Below, one piece after another: positions 38,345 to 50,559 of a stretch of DNA of 64,000 nt. This stretch comes from Amphiscolops sp. MND2022. Lineage: Eukaryota. Where the stretch lies: positions 46,936,001 through 47,000,000 of the forward strand of contig OZ076409.1 of assembly GCA_964187785.1 (NCBI GenBank), given 5' to 3'. Below the pieces are notes generated by a model, which saw only the letters and a program-made list of their open reading frames with translations, did not search any database and was not told where the DNA came from. The position numbers and the translations under genes are program-made. Each line of letters opens with the position of its first letter. The first letter of the stretch is position 1.

Positions 38345-41300
38345 TAGTAGTAGTAGGGCTTTTGCGCAACAGCACAGGGGACAGTGTCCCGAAGTGTTCG
38401 AGTTCATAATTTCGTTTTGTCTCGCAATCACATGCTAATTTCCATGAGCACTTGTTCATCTCGTTGTTGTTATGAAAATTTCCCCAAAATATTTTCAATA
38501 GTTCCTTCTTCAAGGTTGATTGGTTCAGCAAATCAATTTTGAAAATATCTGCAAGGCGGCATGATTGATAGAAACAATTGTCTTCCAAAGTCTTCTTTTT
38601 TGGTCTTTCAGGCGCTAAAACAAAACAAAGCGCGAGAGAGTGGAATAGGATGGTAAACTTAGTTGGCTTGTATCGTATCGACCACAGAGGAGTTTCGAGA
38701 GTAGGAGGATATTTTTGATCTGTATATACATGGGAAGCGGTAAGATACAGAGTGATCTAAGTTTATCTTTGTACGATTCGTTTCCAAACAATACCCAATT
38801 CACAACTCGTTTTTGGACATGCTCGAGCTCGGTTAGTACGTGTTTGTTCATTCCATAAGACGGACTTCCGTAAATCAAGATTGGTACAATCATAGATTTA
38901 TACAGGCTCAACTTTGCGGCCGACGATAAATCCGATATGTTTCTTTTTATCACGTGGAAAACTTTCATTTCTTTGGCACAGACTTTATCGATATGAAAGT
39001 TCCATTTTCAATCACATGATAGAGTAAGACCTGAGTCATTTTGATAATCCGCAGAGGCAATGATTTCTTTTCCGTGATAAAACTGGCAAGATGTGCGCAT
39101 TTTTCGACGTTGAGTGGTTGTTTGTTTAAAGCAGTCCACTCAAAGAGCTGGTTCAGATCATGTTGAATGTTTTCAGATTTTAGTCCAATACTCAAAAACT
39201 TTGCGTCACCTGCAAACAGTAATGGGATCACCTGGTTGCAAATGTCTGGAAGATCATTTATAAAAATTAGAAATAACAATGGTCTCAGAAGACTGCCTTG
39301 AGGCACACCACTTGACACTTTGAATTCATTTGACAATTCGTTCATCACTCGTACTTTCTGGGTACGTCCAGTAATGTAGGATTGTAAAACATTGAAGATT
39401 TGTCCTCTAATTCCGATACGATAAAGTTTTTGGAGTAATATTCCATGGTCCACCTTATCGAAGGCTTTGCTGAAATCTTTAAAAATACATCAATGTCATT
39501 GTTTGTCTCGATTCCTTTATAGACTTTTTGGAGGAAAGTTGTCAATTGTAGCACGGTTGAACGGTTCTTTCTGAAACCAAATTGCGATTTACTGAAGAGG
39601 GGAGAGCAGTGGTCATAAAGTCGTTTGAATATAATGGCTTCGAAAAACTTTCCGGCAGTAGCCAAGAAAGAAACTGGTCGGTAATTTGACACTTGCGACT
39701 TGTCCCTTTTTTTGAAGAGGGGCACAGCTGTGGCTGTCTTCCAGACTGTTGGAAAGATACCCGTTTGAAGGATTTTTTTTAAAAAAATTTGTGATAGAGA
39801 ATGTGTAATAGATAGACATGTTTTCTTGAAGAGGTGGGATATCATCTGGTCCTCTGCTTTTATTTGTCTTTGCATAAAATGAGAACTTCTTTTTCATCAA
39901 AATGTATTTGCTCCAGTATGCGACAAGTAGTGAGTTCCTCCACTGGGATGAAATGACTAGACTCGATATACACTGAAGCGAAAAACTTTGCGAACAAAAT
40001 TGCTTTCGATTTGTTTGTTTCCTCTTGCTCTCCATTTATATTTCATGGTGTTAGGGAAATTTTCTTTCCTGAACCCTTGGAAATATTTGAAAAGCTTTTG
40101 TGTAGTTCGGTCGTGCGCTAAGTTTTCTTCATATGCAATTTTGTTCAAATCAGCATTGATTTCTATTTCTTCGACAAGATATCGAACGTTAGGATGAGTG
40201 TTTCCGTATTTTTTTGAGCTGTTTTGAGACCATTAAGGAGATGTGAAGTCTCTTTTGTAAAGCAAAGTTCTTTTTGGTATAAACTTTTCAATAGCCGAGT
40301 TCAGCCATTGATACCAAAGTTCTATTACTTTGTTTGGGTTTGACCAACAATAGCTGTCAAATTTGTTTTGGATTATATACGTTGAGAGGCCGCTATAATC
40401 ACCATTGCAAAAGCTGTAACCTTTGACTATATTTTGTCTAGTAACTGAAGAAAATCTCTCGATATTTAAAGTAACTTCGATTGGACTGTGAATAGAAAAT
40501 CTTTTCAAAAGCTGATCTTCGCTTTTATGGATATCTATAATTTTAATTCCTTTATTCACTAAGAACAGATCCAGTATGCCGCTCGCTCCGGTGTTAAAAT
40601 TAACTTTCTGGTGTAGGGTATTCACGTCCAGATACTGCAGAAATTCGGTTTCTAGTTATTCGTCTGAAGATAAACTGTTCCATTTTAAGTCTCCGTAGGT
40701 CAATATATCATCGAAACGTTTTTTTTTCATAGAAACGTGTTGCTATGTTTCTGATTGAGTTCTGTAAGGAATTACTGTCGTAGGCATATTTGCTGTTTGT
40801 AGGTAGTAAATAACAGCATATTATTAGTTTTCTTCAAGCCAAAGCAAACAGAACAAATGGTAACAGATCCGTTCAAGTCGAAGTAGAGTTCTTGAGAGTC
40901 GAGAGTTCTTTTAACGCATATCATGGTACCTCCATGAGATGTCGTTAGTCTAGAAGTTTTACGATTTGAATAGTAGCTTTGGTACTGGGGTAAGAAAATC
41001 TCGCCTTCGGAGACTTCGTCTGCTAGCCATGTTTCGGCGAGGCATGTAAAGTGGAAATCGTTGGTTAAGAGATAGTTTGCAAAGAAATAATTTTTGTCGT
41101 CTGTCCACTTTGTAAAGGCTTCTGATATTATATAGCAACATTATGTACTCTCTCGACAGGTTAGGAAGTCAAGCAGTAAGCGCGACTGGTTTTCTGTTCA
41201 GATATAGGTTTCCATTTCTGATGTTTATTTGTTTCGGATCACAGTTCTCTTGGTTAATAAGTTCCCTCCATTTCTTGGGTAACTTTTGTTAATGTAGTTG

Positions 41301-42040
41301 TTGCTCTCTATTCAATGACTTTGATAGATACACTTTGTACTTTTCACATTCGTATTCTGCTTCATAGTTTTTTAACATGGATGCCCGTGCTAAGAGCTTC
41401 TCCACGTTGTAAGTGTTTTTAAACTTTACTAGCATTTGTCTGGTTCGCTTTGAAGCAGCATCGAATTTTCCGAGCCTATGGAAGCCTGAGATTTCCTTTT
41501 TATCATTGCCCAAGTAATTGACAACTTCGCAGATCATATTTTCTTCGTGTTCGAAAATAAGTTTTCGATCGGGTTTGGTGAAATGTTTCTCACCATTTTC
41601 TTTTATTAAATCTTTCCTTTGAAATTTCAATTCGGGTAGGCCGCTGAAGCGCAGTTCTTGATCAAATAACTTAGACGTGTTTGAATTTTTGTACTTATCT
41701 TGTGTATCTGCTGAGGATGATGGTTGCGCGGTCATCATATCGTTCAGGGTTTTTTTCATCGTTTCTACAGATTTTGTCAACGAGGCCATATCACTTGTTA
41801 AGCTGGCTGTCACTTTCTTCGACATCACTGGGCAAGTGTCACAGAAAAAAATGCACATTTTTTGCTCTTCCCAGGAAATCAAATTCTTTTGTGTAACCCA
41901 TGCATGAGCTATGGGTCCAACCATCGCAGTTTTCGCATTGAAGCCAGTTTTCACCGTCCTTTTTGGAGCAGTATTTGCAGGGGATTCCAGGGCCCTGTTG
42001 CTTCGATGCCAACCGGTTGCGAGCTCCAGGCATTTCAAAT
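38345..42040 (-). mobile_element. Near full-length CR1/L2-type LINE (PHD ORF1, APE-RT ORF2), decayed
   Basis: ORF1 CKYC..WLQCENCDGWTHSSC..FFCDTC and RLGK..RQMLVKF; ORF2 YNIRSL, LDLFL, NYRPVS, GVPQGS, FAGDAK; (TAC)n tail. Confidence 0.85.
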
Positions 42041-42049
42041 ATGAAACTA

Positions 42050-43552
42050 TTTAATAAATTGTCAATCACAGTATCAACTGACCACAATTCAGAATTAGCA
42101 TACAAAAACAATTGCTCCTCAAAATTCAGAGGTGACAAGTTCTCCCGATGTTTTGTCAAGAGTGTACCCTGCTTTAGTAAAAACGCTCGGGGACAATTGA
42201 ACGTTGGTGCAAGAAACCGACAATCAACAAATTGGTAACTGCTCATGTCAACTTTCTTACGCTTGGCCAACACTCCAGTCTCAAAATCAGTGTTATCTGT
42301 TTCCGGCACTTCCTGGACACTGTCCCCTTTCCGCAATTTGTTGCACACAATTCTCTCAGATACACTCAGGTAACTTTTTTTCCCATCAAGAATTTTGACC
42401 GAGCCATTCTCAAAATGGTAACTTTTCGCAATTTGGGCGTTTTTGTGGATGTATTTCATGTTTGGATCCATCTTTGGAAATTGTAGGATAATTTCGTCAA
42501 AAAGTAGACGTTCTTCGGCGGTGTTGATGTCATCTTTCTGCATTGCTGTCGTCACAAAACTGAAAGTATCGCAATCTTTTTTTCAATAAACAAATATCAC
42601 TTTTCTCGAGCTGACAAAAATTGATCCAGCAGAACGGATTCATGTCTAGAATGCTCTTCCGAAATAGGCTTCAAATCAAAATATCTCTTTACCATTGAGA
42701 AAACACTAGTCCACCTGGTAACATTCTGCGTCACGGGTCGCAAAGAAGTATGTAATAGCATTTTCCCCATTTTTCATGTCTTCAATTTGGTCATTAGGTT
42801 ATTGATTTTCGCAATAGCCAGAACTTCATTTTTCTTCCAGAACTTCATTCACAGCCAAATTGAAACGATGTGAGGCTCGACCAACCATGGCAAGCTTGCG
42901 AATATCCGAAACAGCTTTATTAGTTTCCCAATTGTAGCATATAGGAGCAATGACATCATCTTGAGTCTTATCGTAGAGACTAAGCGTTTCGACTATGAAA
43001 TCAATATGGTTTTGCGCAGATAAGTTGTTTTCATCCAACAGAGGAGCAAAGGCTAACAGGTTCGTTAGTTTCGCATCATCTCTGATGAAACATACAGCGA
43101 CAGCTAAATAGTGCGTCGATTTATGCGGCCAACCATCAACTATCAGAGCATAATTGTCAGGCTAGGTGCGTTTGATGTTATCTTCAGTTTTCTGGGTCAC
43201 AAGAGACATACATTTTTTGAGAGTTTTAGCAGGAATAGCTTGCAGCGACGTATACTGCCTCGTCTTTGATTTATCTACGAAAGAAAAAGGCTAGAGCTCA
43301 GGACATACCGAATCAATCCAACCATGAATAAATTTTGATCGCTTTTCTGTTGTTCACAACACGGGAAGTTGTCTCCATGGAGGAAGTACTCTTGAATGCT
43401 GCTTTTTCATGTATCTTTAGGTGATTGTTCAAATTCGTATATCCGGTATTGAATTCTTGTATGATTCTTTTCAGACAAACGCAGAACCAGTAGTCTTTAT
43501 TAATGCTACCAGTTGTGAAGTATTGGGATACTTTAGCTGGTACTTTTGACAT
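42050..43552 (-). pseudogene. hAT transposase remnant
   Basis: BED-like WFCVC..GYTNLNNHLKIH, DGW, ASHRFNLAV, TRWTS and C-terminal dimerisation RENLSPLNFEEQLFLYAN; stops and frameshifts. Confidence 0.85.
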
Positions 43553-46386
43553 ATCGAAACCTGAAAATATTTGAACAGATAATATTTTCCCAGAGAGAAT
43601 AACTTTCCTTCTTCAGAACTTTTGAAAGTCATGCCGGCGCATGAAATGTCCAATTATCATTTAATTCGAATTTTTTACAATTAATTTCAATTGCAAATCG
43701 GAAAAATTATTTTTTTTGCAATTAATTTTTTTCAATTATTTTTTTTCAGTCCCTGCACGTATCCCCCTACCTGAAAACTTGATACCCAAAATTAATGATA
43801 TTTGTGGAACCGTCATATATTGCCTTGTGGTGCTTATTGCTCTCCTTTCGAAGCTGTTTTTTGGAAAAAGCACCTCGAGGAGGTAAATGTCAAAGGTCAT
43901 CACTCAGTGCAATTATCAACAAGCGTATTGGGGATGGTGTTATTGAGAAAAAACTGAAACGCGACAGAAAAGCGAGTTAGTTTGACGACTGCGTTCCATT
44001 TGCACTAAATTAGACGAAGGTAATGTTAAGGCCGGAATCAGAATTGCAGCAGGTGACGACAAGATTGGGTCGAGAACTACGTAGCCCTCAAGCTGAAACA
44101 TCCGCAGAGGGAAACTTACTCTGTTCCGGACCCCACAGATATCGATTGTTTTTCAACCTCTGAGTTTTTCGTCCACAAGGCTCTCATGTCCTTCCCCAAC
44201 GGTTCTAGTGCAGGGTTGGATGGCATTTCGCTCAAAGTTCGACAGATTTGACTGCCAAGTCGGACGGGCTAACGACTGGATTTTCTCAGAGCCTTAACAA
44301 ATCTTGTGATTGTGATTCTCGAAGGAAAAGTACCTTTCGAACTTCGGCCGTGCTTCTTTGGCCCGAAACTAATTGTGCTAAAAAAGCCCAATATAGGACT
44401 TCGTCCTATCGCTGTGGGCAATAATTTTCGGCGGTTGTCCGCAAAATATGCCGGATACCATGTCTTCGAATCACATCAAGCAAGATACGGAAGTCGACAA
44501 GTAGGTGTAGGCACCAAAAGTGCCGCTGAATTTGCCTCACATGTTTTCCGTTGTTTGATAGAAAGCCCCAGCCCAACGAAAACGTAATTTTGGAAATTGA
44601 CTTTGAAAACTCTTTCAATTCGATAAACCGACAATTCATGCTAGAGAAAACTTTGAAATACACCTTGATGTATACAACTTTTGATGACATCACTGAAAAA
44701 CGACGATCGACAATTTTAGCATCTTCCCAAAAACTTTTCCGGGATCAAAACACCAAAGAAAGATGAACTTGTCATTCTTTGTTCACCGCTCGGCCCGAAA
44801 TCACAAGCTGACTTATTAGAAAAGAAAATGAACTGGGAAAAGTTAATGGAATTGTTGAAAATTTAGGTGCGCATTGTTTTTTTTCTGTTGAAAAATTGCT
44901 TCAGTCTACCAAAATTGTTTTACTTCCTGAGAACCAGTACATGTTTTAATCATCCAGCTCTCTTGGAAAAGTATGACAACACCGTTCGCGACGAGCTTTC
45001 CAAAGTGTGTAACGTGATTTTCGACGATATTTCGAGTACTCGGCTGGCTCTGCCCGCTGAAATAGGTGGTCTTGGGGTTTCATCTGCATCATTATTAGCA
45101 CTTCCAGCCTTTTTGGCCTCAGCTTTTGGGCGAGTGACTTTCTCACGACGATTTTCTCGCAAACATTCGAAGGTGTTTCATTTTCAAAAGCGCTTGAGAA
45201 TTGGTTGAGTTTGACGAATGAACAAGAAAGTCCTCTCGATGGAACCCAGAAAAATTGGACGCAACCTGTCTACGTCAAAGATTTGATTTCTAGAATGGAT
45301 GACAAACGTTCGAAAGTTTTTAACGCTCATCAAGGCAAGTTCGTGTCTCAATGGCTGAACTTCGTTCCTTGCAAGAACCTAGGCCTAAAACTTGATGATC
45401 AGCAGCTTCGGATTCCAATTGGTTTACGTCTCGGAGCCAACATCTGTGTCCCGCATACGTGCCACTGTGGTAAATGTTAAACGGGACGGTTTACACGGTC
45501 TTTATTGCACCAAGAGTGCTGGTCGCTTCTCACGTCATGCTACTCTCAATTCTCTCAAAGCAGACGTTGGGATCTCTCGACTTGCCTTTAATGCTGGAAC
45601 CGTGTGGACTGTACCGAACTGATGGCAAACGCCCAGACGGTGTTACCATGATTCCTTGGGAAATGAGTAAACAACTGATGTGGGATGTCATGGTAGTGGA
45701 TGCTGTTGCACCCAGTCGCCTGAATCAAGGCTCTATGCAACCCGAGAACCACCGCCACCGAGGCTGAAGCGCGTAAAATTGAGTATCGCGAATTAATAGA
45801 TAATGGATACATTTTTCAACCGGTGGCCTTGGAAGTACAGGTTTCTTTAGGCGAGAGCAGTGAAATTTTCATCACGCGTCCCTGTAAAATGCTGTTTCGT
45901 TCGCACGACGATCAACGAGCTGGCAGCTTTTTGAAGCAACGGATCTCAATGGCTCTTCAGATCTGCAATGCGGCCTGTGTTCTAGGAACTGTGAGCGACA
46001 GAGATGCGTTGGAAGAAATTTATTACATATAGTTTATTAAAAACTATCATTGCAGTTTTTTAAAAAATGATGGACTGGGAGTGGCTGGTATGAGTAGTTT
46101 GTTGGTTGTTTTTTTTTGTTCCTGGTCTACTGGGATAGTGGCTGGTATGGGGTTCCCTACTTTCGTTGCAGACCACGGGTGTGTGCCTTCTCCCCCCATG
46201 TTGATACAAATGGCACTTGATTGATGACGAAGATCCATGATATCTGATAAACACAAAAAATAAAAAAATGATGGAGACCCTTGTACATCGAGACGGCCCT
46301 GTGGATGTCCAACTTGCAGGGTTGTTAAGAAACCCAATTTTTCAAAACTCTAAACTGAGACATACAGCAAACGTCAGGGTCATTAC

Positions 46387-46865
46387 CAGGGGTTCCGCAA
46401 AAATAACTCATGAAAATAATGGCCTTAAATAATTTCATTTTTGAGGCCTTCCATAAGTTTATTTTTGGACAAAGGAGTATGGCCATAATTTATGGATTTC
46501 TGAGAATTATGTCTGCCATTATTTCCACAGCATCCAGTCTGGCTGTTAGCGGTTTTTGTCAAAAGTTGTCGCCCATGCACCTTGAAGCCGAACTTTTTCT
46601 AATCGTCAACAAAACTTTTCGGCACACTCAGTTAATTTCTACGCCGGTATAATTGTACATGTATTTTTTGTCTCCATGTTCTGTCTTGTGTTTTATTTCT
46701 TGTAAATCAAAAAATAATTGCCAATATTTAGTTTTGTGAGAAGGTAATGGAAATAATTTATGGACAGCTGTCTTCCATGAAAATTATTTATGGACAGCTG
46801 TCTTCCATGAAAATTATTCATGGAAGCTATGGAAAATTATGGCAATTAATTTTGCGGTACCTTTG
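46387..46865 (+). mobile_element. Non-autonomous hAT deletion derivative
   Basis: TIR caggggttccgcaaaa / ttttgcggtacctttg; 8-bp TSD gtcattac / atcattac; remnant KLSPMHLEAELFLIVN. Confidence 0.75.
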
Positions 46866-48406
46866 ATCATTACTACCCTTGGACGTATGTCCTAAATTCT
46901 TCCTTATTATTATTATATGTTTTCTTCGTTTTCGTTTCCGGGAAACGGAAAAACGTTTTGACTACTTTTGCTATCGTACTTTTTTAGGCTTTTGTACCGT
47001 ATGGAGAGCGAGTCCTTTTTCCACGATCCACTTTGAAACTTCAACGAACTCACTGGTTGCACATTTACTGGTCCCCTCTTTTATATTTTTGGCAGTGTCA
47101 GACTGTTCATTGTGTATGCGCCAATAATTTTTTTCAACGCTAAGACTTTTTGCGCTATATCCGAACTATATTGCGTTATACACTGAAGCGGAGGTTCGAA
47201 AACAAGCAAACCTTTTCCTCCTGCACGAAACCTTTGAGGAAATCTAATTTTTAGAGGGTAAGTTTTGTTTTAGCCGAATAAGGCGTTTAGCTGTAGCCAG
47301 TTAGCGTGAATGTTAAATGAATCGAAGCAAGAAAAAGCCCTGCCAAGTCTCATGCAACTTGCGTACTGAAACTTTTAATGTTTAAAGAACCTTTTTTAGA
47401 TTCTGACATTTCGACCTGGTATTCAAACACTGACTACTTCGATTGGATTTGCTAATGTTGATGTTTTTACGTGAATTCATTGTTTCTAATCTGTTTTCTC
47501 TTCAAAAACGAACTCTTGCATGTTTAGCTATGTCAACCGGAACCTATACGCTGTCAATGCTGATAAGTTTCCGACCCTGGCAAAATTCATCTCTGAAAAG
47601 TGTCTCGTTGTCATCTTTATTACGCATTGGTATAATAACGTACACAATTTATTGTCCCTATTAGACGTTATGAACTTTCCTAGGAACAGAAAACTTGAAC
47701 AGAAGAGGGTAACCACAAACAAAACAAGGTATTTGTATGAAGTACTAGCACCCTGATCTTCTCTAGCTCGATCTTTTTCTTGTGCTCCGATAACGGCTCA
47801 TCGGACTCGACGACTCTCCATTTTTGTTTGAGATCTGGACGAATCTCAAGCAGCTGCCTTCGATGCTGGGATGCTGCATCCCTTCGCCAAGCTTTTTACC
47901 GGCCTTCTCACCGACTGGTACTGCCTGTTCATCTCTCTCGTCTGAGGCTTTCTCCTGGCAGTCAACCGCTTACGGCGTGAATGAACATGCCAGCCACGTG
48001 GGCCTTTCATTGTCTTGCCAAAGAACTTGTTATCTTTGAACCAACCCAACTGTCTAGGGAATCCGCATACGATCGTATCTCCGCATCTTCCTCTCGCGTG
48101 ACCCAGTCACCGAACCAATGCTCCTCCCACTCCTCCTGCTCTGCATATTCTGCCTCCTTGTGACAGCCTCCTTTCAGAGACCTTCTGAGGCTTGGCTTAT
48201 TTGAAGTTTGAGAAAAAGTAACCTGAAAATTAACCCATTTTCTCTGAAGGTAGTTTGAATTCTCCCGATGCATATCTCGCCGCCCTTAGCTGTATCTGTT
48301 AATTTTTCATAGGTTTTGCATAACCTTTGTGCGCCTATGTTTTTCCCCATCTTTCAATGAAAATTTCCGTTTTCTCAAAAACTCCATACTGTTTTTATAA
48401 AATTTA

Positions 48407-48842
48407 TGTAACATTCCATGTCACGATCGGAATGCTGAAAGCAAAGTCCAAGTGAGATAGCCCGTGTAAATTAATCTCTTAATCTCCTAATCACCCCTCA
48501 ATCATTTAACGACCCCACATTCCTTTATTGAACTGTAAACTTTAAAACTTATCTTAAAGTCAAAATGGCGCTAACCGATGTCATTTATTATTGATTACTA
48601 CTGATAAGTGAATGAAGGGAAGAATTCAAATAGATATGACAGTAGATAAGCGAAAAACACATTTAAAATATGGAGAGCAAGAGAGAGAGAAATAAATCGT
48701 ATTCTGCACTAACCAGTTTTGGTGAGAACTTCAAGGAGCAAGTCAAACCGCGGAGCCCCGTATCCATAGAGCATTTTCAACAATCATCTGAAAACTTCCA
48801 AATATTAAGTACCCGCTCTAGCTGAAGAAGAAGGATATGATA
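48407..48842 (+). repeat. 5' LTR (436 bp)
   Basis: tgtaacattcc...ggatatgata; matches 61480-61915; contains AATAAA. Confidence 0.95.
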
Positions 48843-48857
48843 TGGTGACAGCGAGTG
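48843..48857 (+). promoter_or_regulatory. Primer binding site, probably tRNA-Leu type
   Basis: TGGTGACAGCGAGTG immediately after the LTR; resembles the complement of tRNA-Leu 3' ends. tRNA identity is inference. Confidence 0.75.
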
Positions 48858-49323
48858 TGCGACGACGAGCTACCTGTTGATCATCACCAGGAGACGAACT
48901 CGACTGGGGCCAGTGGTGGAACACTCAGAAGTGAGAAAGCAGAACCATTTTCACCCAAACAAGACTGACTCAATTGCGAAAAGGAAACGACAATACTGGA
49001 AACGAATATACACTCACTAGGATGAAGCTAGCAACAGGTAGCCTGTAAGTCCCAAATTTATACTCATTCTAAAGTCTATTGGAGGCAGTAAATTTATATA
49101 AGCGCTCAAACTGCTTACAAAATCAAAATCATCAATTCATTGATTGTTACCATCATCATAAATCTGAGCGCAGAAGCAGTTAATTGCTTTTGAGGCAGTA
49201 CCTACTACGCCCCTCCCCCTCACGATATTCGGATTTTTCCAACGGAATCAAAAAAAAGCAATGAAAAACTTTCTAAGCAAATTAGGACGATCGAAACGTT
49301 GACTTTTTTGAAAACTTGCATAA

Positions 49324-50559
49324 ATGGCGGCCGCAGCGCAATCCACAGTGACGCTTCCAAAATACGGCGGAAGTTCTACGGACAACTGGACCGATTTTGA
49401 GTCTTTATTTCGTAGCATAGTTGAAGTTACAGGAATTGCGGCAGCACAACGAATAGGATTTCTAAAATTACACCTGAAGGACTCTGCGCTACAATTTTTC
49501 CACACATTAGACGAGAACACAAGGACAGACTTAGAGCAATCAATAACAGCTTTGAAAAATCATTTTTGCAATCCAAACTTGAAAGAAATACATCATATCA
49601 ATTTGGAAAACATGAAATTCAATTACAAAACAGAATCACCAGAAGAGTTCCTAGTGAAACTGCAAAACTTGGCATTGAAAGCATATCCAACACCGGTTGA
49701 TTTACCAGTGGCGCCGGTTGACGGAGCTGTAGCAAATGACCAGGACCGTTTTGATAGAGAAACAAGGGAAAATGAAAACAGACGGAATTTTGCACAAATG
49801 GAACGCGAAAGACATATAATTCGTCTTTTCAAAAAGGCAATGCCTAATTTTATTCGATTGAAGCTTCTTGAGGAACCGGAAAATGCAACAATACAAGACT
49901 TGTGCACTAAAGCGAGACAAAAATTGATTTTAAGAGAACTATGTCCTGTTGATGATTGGTCCCGAGATGGATTCAATGAAATGAGTTCTGAAAATTCCGA
50001 AAAAGTTTCATGTGTTGACGAAAATGTCCGAGAACCAAACAACCCTTGAAAACAGATTTGAAGCCTTGACGCAAAAACTGAACTCACCGCAACAGAGTTC
50101 TACGAATGATAACTATAGCGATAATCAGCAAAAATGGAGAGGAAATTTCAGAGGTATATCTTACCAGAACCGAGGAAATAGAGGGTATCGCGGTAACCAA
50201 GGATACTCTAACAATCGAAATAACGGATCAAACAATCAAAACAGAGGGAGGTACGGGAATAACTTTAATAGAGGTAACTATCGCGGTGGAAACAAATTCA
50301 GAGGCAACAACAGGGGAAACTTCTCAAATAATTATAATAGCAACCAGGATGATAGTTTCCAGGACCAAGGTGGAAACACTAATAATGAAACGACAATTAC
50401 TACAGGAAATCCGGAAGGCCATATTGAAACCACCGAGTTTTCTCAGAAAGTTTGTTACAATTGTGGCTACCCGAACCATACTGCTAGAAATAGTGAAGCG
50501 CGAGGCAAAAGTAATATAGAGGTGGACAAATTCCGTTTAACTCGCAATCAAAAAACTAA
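49324..50559 (+). pseudogene. gag: gag (capsid, N/RG-rich tract, degenerate zinc knuckle) with two compensating frameshifts
   Basis: LPKYGG..W.DF..LHLKDSALQFF; CYNCGYPNHTARNS. The original frame resumes as RGGQIPFNSQSKN-stop (TAA 50557-50559). Confidence 0.85.
50550..50556 (+). promoter_or_regulatory. Putative -1 ribosomal frameshift slippery site A_AAA_AAC
   Basis: The heptamer directly precedes the gag TAA; the -1 frame (LIEPHTS..DKMNAL) is open into the protease ORF. Confidence 0.75.

Larger units (their letters stand above)
38287..43755 (-). mobile_element. hAT DNA transposon (with nested LINE)
   Basis: TIR CAGGGACTG / CAGTCCCTG; 8-bp TSD aacggatc / cacgtatc (the uninterrupted CRE copies read cacggatc). 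Confidence 0.88.
37922..46251 (+). mobile_element. CRE-clade retrotransposon copy 3, split by the hAT insertion 38287-43755
   Basis: 5'UTR/PHD at 37922-38286; RT-RLE resumes at 43756; stop at ~46032; homologous to the other CRE copies. Confidence 0.85.
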
